Source: Candidatus Saccharimonadota bacterium (lineage in GTDB: Bacteria > Pseudomonadota > Gammaproteobacteria > Enterobacterales > Enterobacteriaceae). Taken from it: 32,000 nt of DNA. The DNA is taken from positions 540,001-572,000 of the forward strand of contig NZ_OZ060402.1 of assembly GCF_964059045.1 (NCBI RefSeq), read 5' to 3'. The position numbers and the translations under genes were made by a program. Numbering within the stretch: position 1 is the first letter of the stretch; every line of letters starts with the position of its first letter. Below the pieces are notes generated by a model. The model saw only the letters and a program-made list of their open reading frames with translations. It was not told the DNA's origin and ran no database searches. This document shows, one piece after another, positions 1-9,284 of the stretch.

Positions 1-7
1 AATATCA

Positions 8-91
8 TGAATTAATGATGAATTATTTTTTTTAATTTTTTATTATTCAAAAAAAAAAAAAAAAAAAAATAAATAATTCATCATTAATTTA
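8..91. repeat. Long hairpin-forming inverted repeat. Perfect 19-bp arms at 10-28 and 71-89 flank a T-rich/A-rich loop that includes an A21 run (49-69).
   Basis: The reverse complement of 71-89 (aaataattcatcattaatt) equals 10-28 (aattaatgatgaattattt). I checked this base by base. The T-rich 30-47 can also pair imperfectly with the A run. Confidence 0.8.
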
Positions 92-169
92 AAAATAATA
101 AAATATTATATATAATAAAAATATTAAATTGATATAAATTAGAATACATATAAAATTATTTGCATTAAA

Positions 170-254
170 GGTGAGATGTCCGAGAGGCTTAAGGAACATG
201 CCTGGAAAGCGTGTATACGGAAACGTATCAAGGGTTCGAATCCCTTTCTCACCA
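170..254 (+). tRNA. tRNA-Ser (anticodon GGA), class II with a long variable arm
   Basis: Cloverleaf read by hand. The acceptor stem is GGTGAGA/TCTCACC. The anticodon stem CATGC/GCGTG closes the loop CTGGAAA. The variable arm is ATACG-GAAA-CGTAT and the T arm is AAGGG-TTCGAAT-CCCTT. No CCA is encoded. Ends are accurate to about 2 nt. Confidence 0.9.
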
Positions 255-343
255 AAAAAATATCAATAAAAACATGAATATTCTTCAAATGAACCTTAAT
301 AAAAATATTTTCAATAAGTTTGTTTAATTGAAAAAAAAAATCA

Positions 344-1051
344 TTATAATAAAACTGATTCCAACGCTAATAATATCATATCATCAAATGTCTGTTCTCT
401 ATCTTGAGAAGAAATATGTTCTTGATGCAGAATATGATCAGATACTGTACAAACAGATAAAGATTTTACTCCCAGTTCAGCTGATAAACCATATATTCCA
501 GCTGTTTCCATTTCTATTCCTAAAATATTAAATTTTTTAATCAGAGTTAATCTAAAATCATCATTTTGACAATAAAACAAATCTGTACTAAATAAATTTC
601 CAATTAAAATTGGAATTTGTAATTTTTTTGCAACCAATACCATGTTCATCATCATCTGAAAATCAGCTATAGCAGAAAAATCATAATTATTAAATCTTAT
701 TCGATTTACTTGTGAATCTGTACAAGCTCCCATTCCAATAATAATATCTCTTAATTTTATATTTTTATGTATAGTACCACATGTTCCAATACGAATAATT
801 TTTTTTACATTATATGATTTAACTAACTCATAAACATAAATTGAACAAGAAGGTATACCTATTCCATGACTTAAAACAGAAATCTTACATTTCTTATAAT
901 AACCAGTAAAACCTAACATAGCACGAGTATTATTAACTAAAACACTATCCGTTAAATATTTTTCTGCAATATATTTTGCACGAAGTGGATCTCCAGGCAT
1001 TAATACAATATCTGAAAAATCATCTTTATTAGCATTGATATGAATAGTCAT
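344..1051 (-). CDS. deoD: Purine nucleoside phosphorylase DeoD
   Basis: The 235-aa ORF is collinear with E. coli DeoD (239 aa). Shared blocks include [38 protein letters not shown] and [11 protein letters not shown]. It lies downstream of deoB, as in the deo operon. Confidence 0.95.
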   Translation of the reverse strand: MTIHINANKDDFSDIVLMPGDPLRAKYIAEKYLTDSVLVNNTRAMLGFTGYYKKCKISVLSHGIGIPSCSIYVYELVKSYNVKKIIRIGTCGTIHKNIKLRDIIIGMGACTDSQVNRIRFNNYDFSAIADFQMMMNMVLVAKKLQIPILIGNLFSTDLFYCQNDDFRLTLIKKFNILGIEMETAGIYGLSAELGVKSLSVCTVSDHILHQEHISSQDREQTFDDMILLALESVLL

Positions 1052-1135
1052 AAAAATTATTGTTTCCTATCATCTAAAAATGGTTAAATTTTAATCATTT
1101 TTTAAAAATGATAATCATTATCATCAAAAATATAT

Positions 1136-2359
1136 TTAAATCATACTAGTACCATAATGCATACTTGAAAGAGAAAAATACTGTGAAATAGTTTGAGCAA
1201 TATCCGAAAAAGTATTACGATGTCCTAAATAATGACTTTTATAACCAGGTCTATACAACAATATTGGAATAAATTCTCGAGTATGTTCTGAACCAATCCA
1301 AGTAGGATCACATCCATGATCTGCTGTAATAATTAATAAATCTTTTTTTTGTATTTTATTAATTATATTTAATAATTTTAAATCAAAAAATTCTAAACCT
1401 TTGGCATAACCGGAAACATCTCTTCTATGCCCCCAAACAGAATCAAAATCAACAAAATTTGTAAAAATTATTGAATTATCTTTAGCCTGATCAATTGCCA
1501 TATTTGTTTTTTCAAATAAATCTGCTAATCCATATGCTGGTATTTTTTGCGTAATACCTCTTCCTGAAAAAATATCTGATATTTTTCCAATACCAATAAC
1601 TTCTCCATGTTTTTCTAAAATTAATTTTTCCATGACTGTACGTTCATTTATTGCAATTGAATAATCTTTACGATTATTCGTTCTTGTAAATTCTTTTTTG
1701 TTATTACCTAAAAATGGTCTAGCGATGACTCTTCCAATATTATATTTTGTATTATTTAAAATATTACGTACTGAACAAGATAGTTTATAAAGATTATTTA
1801 AACCAAAAAAATTTTCATGACAAGCAATTTGAATAACAGAATCCATTGAAGTATAAAAAATTGGTTTACCAGTATGAATATGTTCTTCTCCAAACTGTTG
1901 TAATATTGTAATGCCAGAAGAATGACAATTACCAATAATTCCAGGAATATTACAGTGTGAAATAATATTTTCTAATAATTCTTCAGGAATACTAGATTTT
2001 TTATTTAAAAATCTATCCCATGATGTTAAAATTGGCACTCCCATAATTTCAAAATGACCAGACAAAGTATCTTTTCCGGAAGAAATAGAACTAGCATACG
2101 CATAACTCGCAATTACATCTATATTAAAATTCAATTCTATAGGAAAAGAACCAGTTAATCTGTGCATTAATTTCCCTAAACCTAAAGAAATTAAATTAGG
2201 AATATTCAAAGGACCTTGTCTTCCATGATTGGCTTTTTTTAAAAAACACATTTCATAAATATGTTTAAAAGTATTAGCTCCTTCATCATTAAATTTAAAT
2301 GCATCTGTTGAAGATCCTATTCCAAAAGAATCTAATAACATAATAACAACTCTATTCAT
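1136..2359 (-). CDS. deoB: Phosphopentomutase DeoB
   Basis: The 407-aa ORF has the same length as E. coli DeoB. Metal-site blocks are present: MLLDSFGIG, FVDFDSVWGHRRD and ITADHGCDPTW..GSEHTRE. Confidence 0.95.
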   Translation of the reverse strand: MNRVVIMLLDSFGIGSSTDAFKFNDEGANTFKHIYEMCFLKKANHGRQGPLNIPNLISLGLGKLMHRLTGSFPIELNFNIDVIASYAYASSISSGKDTLSGHFEIMGVPILTSWDRFLNKKSSIPEELLENIISHCNIPGIIGNCHSSGITILQQFGEEHIHTGKPIFYTSMDSVIQIACHENFFGLNNLYKLSCSVRNILNNTKYNIGRVIARPFLGNNKKEFTRTNNRKDYSIAINERTVMEKLILEKHGEVIGIGKISDIFSGRGITQKIPAYGLADLFEKTNMAIDQAKDNSIIFTNFVDFDSVWGHRRDVSGYAKGLEFFDLKLLNIINKIQKKDLLIITADHGCDPTWIGSEHTREFIPILLYRPGYKSHYLGHRNTFSDIAQTISQYFSLSSMHYGTSMI

Positions 2360-2543
2360 AGAATATCTATCTCGAATAAAATAATAATTTTAATAAAATA
2401 TAGATACATAAAAAATAAAATAAAAATATTAAATTAATGTAATCATAGTATTAATTATTATTAAAAAATTTATTAATAATGTAATGAATAAAATCTTTTT
2501 AAAAAGTTGTAAAAAAATAATATAATCAAAAATCAGTAAAAAA

Positions 2544-4139
2544 TTAATTTTGTCTTATTTCACTAAATTTTATTTGAGGATAATTAGAAATTATTAAATT
2601 TAAATTAAATAAACTAGGAGCTATATATGTCAAATAACCAGAACTATCAATTGCTAAATATTCTTTGTTTTGCAACTTAAATTGATCTAATTGAATTAAG
2701 TCATTACAAAATATCCATCTAATAGCAGCAATACTAACATTCTTATAACATGCTTCAATTTGATATTCTAATTTTAACCTTTCCAAAATCACATCTAATT
2801 GTAAAATACCTAAAACACCTAAAACTAAATCATTGTTTATTAAAGGATAAAATATTTGAACAGCACCTTCTTCTGATAATTGCAATAAACCTTTAAATAA
2901 TTGTTTTTTCTTTAATGGGTTTTTTAAATAAATAATACGAAATATTTCAGGAGAAAATCGTGGTAGTTCAAGAAAATTAATCAATTCTCCTTCCGTAAAT
3001 GTATCTCCTATTACAATAGATCCATGATTATATATACCAATTATATCTCCTGGATATGCTTCTTCTATAATATTTCTATCTCCAGCTAAAAATCTAATTG
3101 CATTATTTAAAATAAATGTTTTTCTCAGACGAACGTTTTGTAATTTAATTCCTTTGTAATAACGACCTGATACAATCCTTATAAAAGCAATACGATCACG
3201 ATGTTTTAAATCCATATTGGCTTGTATTTTAAAAACAAATCCAGTAAATAAATTTTCTTCAGGATATATAACACGAGTATTACTATGTTTAAATTTTGGA
3301 CACGGTCCCCATCGGACTAAAAAATTAAACATGTGATTAATTCCAAAACTACGCAAAGCGCTACCAAAAAAAACCGGAGTTATTTTCCCATCAACAAAAC
3401 AACTATTATTAAATTGACTATAGCATGTATTAATTAATTCAACATCTTCTCTTAATTTTTTTGCAAAATCCAATCCAATATGCATTTCTAATGATTTATT
3501 ATATAAATCTGATAATGTTGTAATATTATAATCATTAAAATTATTATTTTGTTTGAATTTATAAACGTCTACCATTGAATTATAAAAATTATAAATTCCT
3601 TTGAATGAAGAACCACAACCGATAGGCCAAGTGATAGGAATACATTTTATTTTTAATTCTGATTCAATTTCATCTAATATTTTTATCGGATCTTTACTAT
3701 CTCTATCTAATTTATTAATAAAAGTTACAGTAGGTGTATTATTTAATGAAAGAACATGCATTAACTTCTTAGTTCGTATTTCCACACCTTTAGCAGAATC
3801 AATAACCATTAAACAAAAATCGACTGCAGTCAAAATTCTATATGTATCTTCTGAAAAATCTTCATGTCCTGGAGTGTCTAATAAATTAATTAAACAATTA
3901 CAATAAGTAAATTGCATAACAGAACTGGTAATAGAAATACCTCTTTCTTTTTCTATTTTCATCCAATCTGATTTAACATATTTTTTAGATTTTTTAGATT
4001 GAATAGTACCAGTCTCATGGATAACTTTTCCTAAAAATAAAATTTTTTCAGTCAAAGTTGTTTTTCCAGAATCAGGATGCGCAATAATCGCAAAAGTACG
4101 TCGTTTTTGAATTTCTATAAAATTATTTTTAATAGACAT
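2544..4139 (-). CDS. prfC: Peptide chain release factor 3 (RF3 GTPase)
   Basis: GTPase motifs AHPDSGKTT, DTPGHEDF and NKLDR are present, and the protein is collinear with E. coli PrfC (529 aa). The ATG at 4139 places KRRTF at the same residue number as in E. coli. The ORF-track ATG at 4151 (4 codons upstream) is an alternative start. Confidence 0.93.
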   Translation of the reverse strand: MSIKNNFIEIQKRRTFAIIAHPDSGKTTLTEKILFLGKVIHETGTIQSKKSKKYVKSDWMKIEKERGISITSSVMQFTYCNCLINLLDTPGHEDFSEDTYRILTAVDFCLMVIDSAKGVEIRTKKLMHVLSLNNTPTVTFINKLDRDSKDPIKILDEIESELKIKCIPITWPIGCGSSFKGIYNFYNSMVDVYKFKQNNNFNDYNITTLSDLYNKSLEMHIGLDFAKKLREDVELINTCYSQFNNSCFVDGKITPVFFGSALRSFGINHMFNFLVRWGPCPKFKHSNTRVIYPEENLFTGFVFKIQANMDLKHRDRIAFIRIVSGRYYKGIKLQNVRLRKTFILNNAIRFLAGDRNIIEEAYPGDIIGIYNHGSIVIGDTFTEGELINFLELPRFSPEIFRIIYLKNPLKKKQLFKGLLQLSEEGAVQIFYPLINNDLVLGVLGILQLDVILERLKLEYQIEACYKNVSIAAIRWIFCNDLIQLDQFKLQNKEYLAIDSSGYLTYIAPSLFNLNLIISNYPQIKFSEIRQN

Positions 4140-4410
4140 TAATTGTCTCATTTTTTATCTAAAATTAATAGTGATAAACAACAAAAACAACGCTAAAAAA
4201 ATAAATTAAAATATAATTATTTATTATTAAATAATAATAAAAAAATTAATGTAATAAAATATTTTTATATAAATATCAATACTATTTTTCAAAAAAATAA
4301 TAATTGTTATTAAACAATTATCTTCAATTTTAATTTTAAAATTTATAAATATTATCAAAAATAAAACACATTATGATATAAATACCGTTTCAAAAAATTA
4401 ATCAATATCT

Positions 4411-4983
4411 TTAATAAAATGAATGGTTCCCACGGTTATGATTAGTAATATCTTGAACACCTTTTAAATTTGGAAATTCTAACAATATTTTTTTTTCTAT
4501 TCCATCTTTCAGAGTCATGGTTATCATGGAACAACCATTACATCCACCTCCAAATTCTAATATTATATAACCTTCATCAGTAATATTGATTAATTTTACA
4601 TATCCACCATGATTAGATAATTGAGGATTAATGTGATATTCTAAAAAATCTTCTACACGATTATTTAACATCAATTTTTCAGATAATACTTGTTTAACAT
4701 ATGGAGCTTTTAAAATCAATCTTTCTTCTAATTTATCTGTAATGAGATCAATGTAAGCGTTTTTTAAATATGGTAAGTATTCCTTATTAATATAAATACA
4801 AAAACCAACATAGTAAAAAACACTATCAGATGTTCTTATTTCATCTTTTAAACAGTAAGTAACTTTACCTTCAGCTTGATTAGTTCCAACATTTTGTACA
4901 AAAATTCTAATTTGTGTACCTGCATCTTCTTTTTGCAATAATGTACGAAAATATAACTCTGCTTTTTTTGAAATAACAATCAT
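4411..4983 (-). CDS. nfuA: Fe-S cluster carrier protein NfuA (YhgI)
   Basis: 190 aa versus 191 in E. coli. The C-terminal Nfu domain carries GGGCNGCSM, and the N-terminus (EDAGTQIRIFV) and C-terminal tail are collinear with the E. coli protein. Confidence 0.93.
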   Translation of the reverse strand: MIVISKKAELYFRTLLQKEDAGTQIRIFVQNVGTNQAEGKVTYCLKDEIRTSDSVFYYVGFCIYINKEYLPYLKNAYIDLITDKLEERLILKAPYVKQVLSEKLMLNNRVEDFLEYHINPQLSNHGGYVKLINITDEGYIILEFGGGCNGCSMITMTLKDGIEKKILLEFPNLKGVQDITNHNRGNHSFY

Positions 4984-5143
4984 AATAATATTTAATCAAA
5001 AATAATATAATATTAAAATATTTTAACTGATTAATTTAATAAAAACAATATTCAAAAAAACAAGAACGATGATTTAAATTTATATATTTTTAAAATAATT
5101 ATATATTATATATATATATATATGAACTATAATCAATAAATAT

Positions 5144-5929
5144 ATGAAAAAACTAATATTTAATATTATTGGAAACGGAAAACCAAATTTAGTATTACTA
5201 CATGGTTATGGATTTAATTCAAAAATATGGAATATAATAATCAATAATCTGAAACCATATTTTAATTTGTATTTAATTGATTTACCTGGATTTGGTAATA
5301 ATAATCAATATTATATGAATTTAGAAGAAACAGTTAATACTTTATCTCAAAATATACCAGAAAAATCTATTTGGATGGGATGGTCATTGGGTGGCCTTGT
5401 TGCGAGTAAATTATCGTTAATGTATCCTAATAATGTTATAGCAATTATCACAGTTAGTTCTTCACCATACTTTATTCAAGAAAAAAGTTGGCCTGGAATA
5501 AGTAGAATTCAATTAAAAAATTTTTATTATAAAACTAAAAATAATTTTTTAGATACAATAGAAAAATTTTTATTATTACAATCAGGTGATATTGCTAATC
5601 AAAATCAAATAAGATATTTAATTAAATTAATACTATTAGAAAAAAAACCAAATTCTTTAGCATTGAAAATTGGTTTTAATATACTAAATAAAATTGATTT
5701 AAGAAAAAAAATAAAAAAATCTTCTATTCCATTATTAAGAATATATGGAAAATTAGATACTATAGTACCATATGAAATAAAAAATATTTTAGATCAATAC
5801 TGGCCAAATACATATTCTAGTATATTAAACAAATCAGCACATATTCCATTTATCTCACAATCTCATTTATTTTGTCAAATTATATTAAAATTTTTATATT
5901 TTTTAAAAAAATACAAAAAAATGAATTAA
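5144..5929 (+). CDS. bioH: Pimeloyl-ACP methyl ester carboxylesterase BioH (alpha/beta hydrolase)
   Basis: 261 aa. It has LVLLHGYGFN, the nucleophile elbow GWSLGG, and the distal His block SAHIPFISQ. It is collinear with E. coli BioH (256 aa). Confidence 0.88.
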   Translation: MKKLIFNIIGNGKPNLVLLHGYGFNSKIWNIIINNLKPYFNLYLIDLPGFGNNNQYYMNLEETVNTLSQNIPEKSIWMGWSLGGLVASKLSLMYPNNVIAIITVSSSPYFIQEKSWPGISRIQLKNFYYKTKNNFLDTIEKFLLLQSGDIANQNQIRYLIKLILLEKKPNSLALKIGFNILNKIDLRKKIKKSSIPLLRIYGKLDTIVPYEIKNILDQYWPNTYSSILNKSAHIPFISQSHLFCQIILKFLYFLKKYKKMN

Positions 5930-5935
5930 TTATTT

Positions 5936-5983
5936 AAATAACAGATACAGTTCTATAAAAATATAGATCCATATCTGTTATTT
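5936..5983. terminator. Putative bidirectional hairpin between the convergent genes bioH and ssb
   Basis: The outer 12-bp arms are perfect: aaataacagata (5936-5947) and tatctgttattt (5972-5983). An inner 6-bp stem, tctata/tataga, closes an aaaa loop. There is no clean U-tract, so terminator function is inferred from position only. Confidence 0.45.
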
Positions 5984-5993
5984 TAAAAAAATA

Positions 5994-6509
5994 TTAAAAA
6001 GGAATTTCATCATCGAAATCTATTGGAGACAAAGAATTTACAGCAGAGTTTTTCCCAGGATAATCATTTAATGAATCATCTTCTAAAACATTTTTTTCTT
6101 TTTTAGAAATTTTTTTCTGATTATTTAATTGTGTTGACATTGAAGATGATATATTAGAATTACGATTACCTAACATTTGCATTGTTCCTGAAACGTTAAC
6201 AACTACTTCAGTGGTATAACGTTCTACACCATTTTGGTCTTGCCATCTTCTAGTATGCAAAGATCCTTCAATATATACTTGAGAACCTTTTTTTAAATAT
6301 TCACCTGTTATTTCAGCTGGTTTTCCAAATAATACAACTCTATGCCATTCTGTTTTTTCTTTTAATTCACCTGTATTTTTATCTTTCCAACTATCAGATG
6401 TAGCAAGAGTAATGTTAGCTACTGCATTACCATTAGGCATATAACGAATATCTGGATCTTGTCCTAAATGTCCAATTAAAATAACTTTATTAATTCCTCT
6501 GCTAGCCAT
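5994..6509 (-). CDS. ssb: Single-stranded DNA-binding protein
   Basis: 171 aa. The N-terminal OB fold ([19 protein letters not shown]...[11 protein letters not shown]) is nearly identical to E. coli SSB. The acidic C-terminal tip DFDDEIPF is retained. Confidence 0.96.
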   Translation of the reverse strand: MASRGINKVILIGHLGQDPDIRYMPNGNAVANITLATSDSWKDKNTGELKEKTEWHRVVLFGKPAEITGEYLKKGSQVYIEGSLHTRRWQDQNGVERYTTEVVVNVSGTMQMLGNRNSNISSSMSTQLNNQKKISKKEKNVLEDDSLNDYPGKNSAVNSLSPIDFDDEIPF

Positions 6510-6833
6510 AATACTATATACCTTTTAAAAAATAAAACATGATATTTAAAAAAATAATGAAAATACTGCTAAATTATTATATACATTTTAATAACAATAT
6601 ATTCATATATATATTGATTATTTATATATTTTTTTTTAAAATATTATAATATATATCATAATAATTAATAAAAAAAAAATAATAAAATTGATATTATTTA
6701 AAATAATATTTATAAACATAATTCAATATATGTTTAAAATACATGAATATTCATAAAATTAATATTAAAAACCATTGCAATAAAAATAAAATATGATAAA
6801 AAATAATCAAATAAATAATTAGCAATATATATA

Positions 6834-6885
6834 TAAATATATTATTCTTAGATATAATTTATTATATCTAAGAATAATATATTTA
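6834..6885. repeat. Perfect 52-bp palindrome: 25-bp arms at 6834-6858 and 6861-6885 around a TT centre
   Basis: All 25 pairs were checked base by base, including the two G/C pairs (c6847-g6872 and g6851-c6868). It lies in the ORF-free ssb-dnaB spacer, 325 bp upstream of the ssb start. Confidence 0.9.
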
Positions 6886-7359
6886 AAAATTTTAAAAAAA
6901 AATATAATTAAATTTTTAAAAACTACAAAATCATAAATTGATAATCAAATAACCATTTTAATCAAAAAAAAAGTAATAACATAAAAACAATTATTATTGT
7001 ATTATAATTAAGTATTATTTTTATTTTAAAAACTAAAAATAATATTTCTTAAAATCTGTAATAAATAAATCAAATATAAATATATTCAATATCATTGAAA
7101 GATTTGTATAACATAATTAATTTACAAATAATCTAAATAATAATAAATATTTTTCTAAAAAAATATATATCAAAAATAATTATAAATATGTAAAATCATT
7201 TTTGCAAAAATAATTTATGTTTTTTATTAAAATTTTGATTTATATAAAATATATAAATTATATTTTTATTTTGATCAATAAAAATAACAACCATCAATTT
7301 TGATATATTATCATCAATAAATCAGAAATAATCAAAATTAATATAATTTATTTATTTAA

Positions 7360-7400
7360 TCTAAAAATAGTCTAAAAAAATTCTAAAAAAAATCACAAAA
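7360..7400. repeat. 11-bp-period tandem repeat forming phased A-tracts: tctaaaaatag / tctaaaaaaat / tctaaaaaaaa / tcacaaaa
   Basis: Unit starts fall at 7360, 7371, 7382 and 7393, an exact 11-bp period. The block lies about 240 bp upstream of the dnaB ATG. Confidence 0.7.
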
Positions 7401-7636
7401 TTATTTTATTTATAGATCTGTTGTTTATTAATTTTATATAATATATATTATCAATGATTAAAAACTTTAAGAAATATTATTTTTATTAAAAAATGTAAAA
7501 AAAGCTATTAATTATAGTAAAAATAGTAATAACATCATCTTAATTTATCAATAAATATTATATTTTTAATAAAAATAATTAAATTAATAATTTATTTCCT
7601 TAAACCTTAGTAAAAATTTTTTGATTTTTATCTCAT

Positions 7637-9034
7637 ATGAAAGATAATAAATTGTTTAAAAAAGAAAATGAAAAAAATGTTAATAACATTAAAATTCCAC
7701 CACACTCTTTAGAAGCTGAACAATCAGTTTTAGGTGGATTAATGTTAGATAATGAACAATGGGATTGTGTATCAGAACATGTAGTAGAAGAAGATTTTTT
7801 TAGCAAAGCTCATCAATTGATATTTCGTGAAATGCAATCTCTTTTAGATCTTGGTTATCCCATTGATTTGATTACGTTATCTGAATCATTAGAACAAAAT
7901 GGAAAACTAGAGCAAGTCGGACGTTTTTCATATTTAGCAGAATTATCAAAAAATACTCCTAGTACTGCAAATATCATTGCTTATGCAGATATAGTAAGAG
8001 AAAGAGCTATTGTTAGAGAAATTATTTCTGTTTCTAATAGAATATCTAATGCTAGTTATAATCCTCAAGGAAGAAAAAGTGAAGAATTATTAGATTTTGC
8101 TGAATCCAGTGTATTTAAAATTGCAGAAAAAAGATCTAAAAAAAATTCTGGACCGAAAAATATAGAAGAAATATTAGATTCCACTATTGCTAGCATTGAA
8201 AAATTATTTGATAATCCTCATAATGGAATCACAGGAATCAATACTGGATATCATGATCTTAATAAAAAAACTTCTGGTTTACAACAATCAGATCTGATTA
8301 TTATCGCTGCACGTCCTTCAATGGGAAAAACAACATTTGCTATGAATATTTGTGAAAACGCAGCAATGATATACAAAAAACCAGTATTAATTTTTAGTTT
8401 AGAAATGCCAGTCGAACAAATTATGATGCGTATATTATCTTCATTATCTCGTGTACACCAAACAAAAATACGTACAGGACAATTGAACGATGAAGACTGG
8501 GCAAGAATTTCAAGCACAATTAATATTTTATTAAAAAAGAAAAATATTTATATTGATGATGCTTCAGGATTAACTCCTAGTGAAATACGATCTCGATCTA
8601 GAAGAATATATCGAGAAAACAATGGACTCAGTTTAATTATGGTAGATTATTTACAATTGATGAAAGTACCATCACTATCAGAAAACAGAACTTTAGAAAT
8701 AGCAGAAATATCTCGAACCTTAAAATCTTTAGCTAAGGAATTAGAAGTTCCAATTATTGCTTTATCGCAATTGAATCGTTCATTAGAACAAAGATCTGAT
8801 AAACGTCCAATCAATTCTGATTTACGTGAATCAGGATCATTAGAACAAGACGCCGATTTGATTATGTTTATTTATAGAGATGAAATATATCATGAAAATA
8901 GTGATTTAAAAGGAATAGCGGAAATTATTATAGGTAAACAAAGAAATGGACCAACTGGAACAATTAGACTGACATTTAATGGACATTGGTCTAGATTTGA
9001 TAATTATGCTGGACCGAAATACTCGGAAGAATAA
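7637..9034 (+). CDS. dnaB: Replicative DNA helicase DnaB
   Basis: 465 aa. It has PPHSLEAEQSVLGG at the N-terminus, Walker A ARPSMGKTT, and the blocks SLEM, VDYLQLM, LSQLNRSLEQR and KQRNGPTG. It is collinear with E. coli DnaB (471 aa). Confidence 0.96.
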   Translation: MKDNKLFKKENEKNVNNIKIPPHSLEAEQSVLGGLMLDNEQWDCVSEHVVEEDFFSKAHQLIFREMQSLLDLGYPIDLITLSESLEQNGKLEQVGRFSYLAELSKNTPSTANIIAYADIVRERAIVREIISVSNRISNASYNPQGRKSEELLDFAESSVFKIAEKRSKKNSGPKNIEEILDSTIASIEKLFDNPHNGITGINTGYHDLNKKTSGLQQSDLIIIAARPSMGKTTFAMNICENAAMIYKKPVLIFSLEMPVEQIMMRILSSLSRVHQTKIRTGQLNDEDWARISSTINILLKKKNIYIDDASGLTPSEIRSRSRRIYRENNGLSLIMVDYLQLMKVPSLSENRTLEIAEISRTLKSLAKELEVPIIALSQLNRSLEQRSDKRPINSDLRESGSLEQDADLIMFIYRDEIYHENSDLKGIAEIIIGKQRNGPTGTIRLTFNGHWSRFDNYAGPKYSEE

Positions 9035-9284
9035 ATACATAAATAATGATATATATTAATTATCATATATGATCATTTATCATAACTGATGAATCAACAA
9101 CAACTATAAATATAACAATCATTATAACAAAATTAATAATCATATCTAATTTTAGATTAGATGCATAACCATTATCAATATGTTCATATAAAACATTTTT
9201 TTATAATAAAAATATTAATATTGTTATTATAAAAAATAAAAATACAATATATTAATTTTAATTATTACAATATAAATATAAACT

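Noticed and set aside
5107-5123. A (TA)n microsatellite in the nfuA/bioH divergent spacer, and an aattaatatt x2 tandem at about 19245-19264.
   Set aside because: These are short, simple-sequence slippage products typical of A/T-rich spacers. Nothing suggests function beyond possible overlap with -10-like sequences.
6539-6649. Small ORFs in the long spacers, for example the 36-codon MIFKKIMKILLNYYIHFNNNIFIYILIIYIFFFKIL (6539-6649) and a 15-codon ORF after GAGGA at about 16643.
   Set aside because: Their composition is what random A/T-rich DNA encodes (I/F/K/N/Y). They have no proper SD spacing and no motif. They cannot be supported from sequence alone.
6510-7636. The idea that the structured ssb-dnaB spacer is a replication origin.
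   Set aside because: I found no DnaA-box-like words (TTATCCACA or its complement) and no GATC cluster beyond a single site. Flanking replisome genes are not evidence of an origin. GC-skew analysis needs the whole genome. I keep this only as something to exclude.
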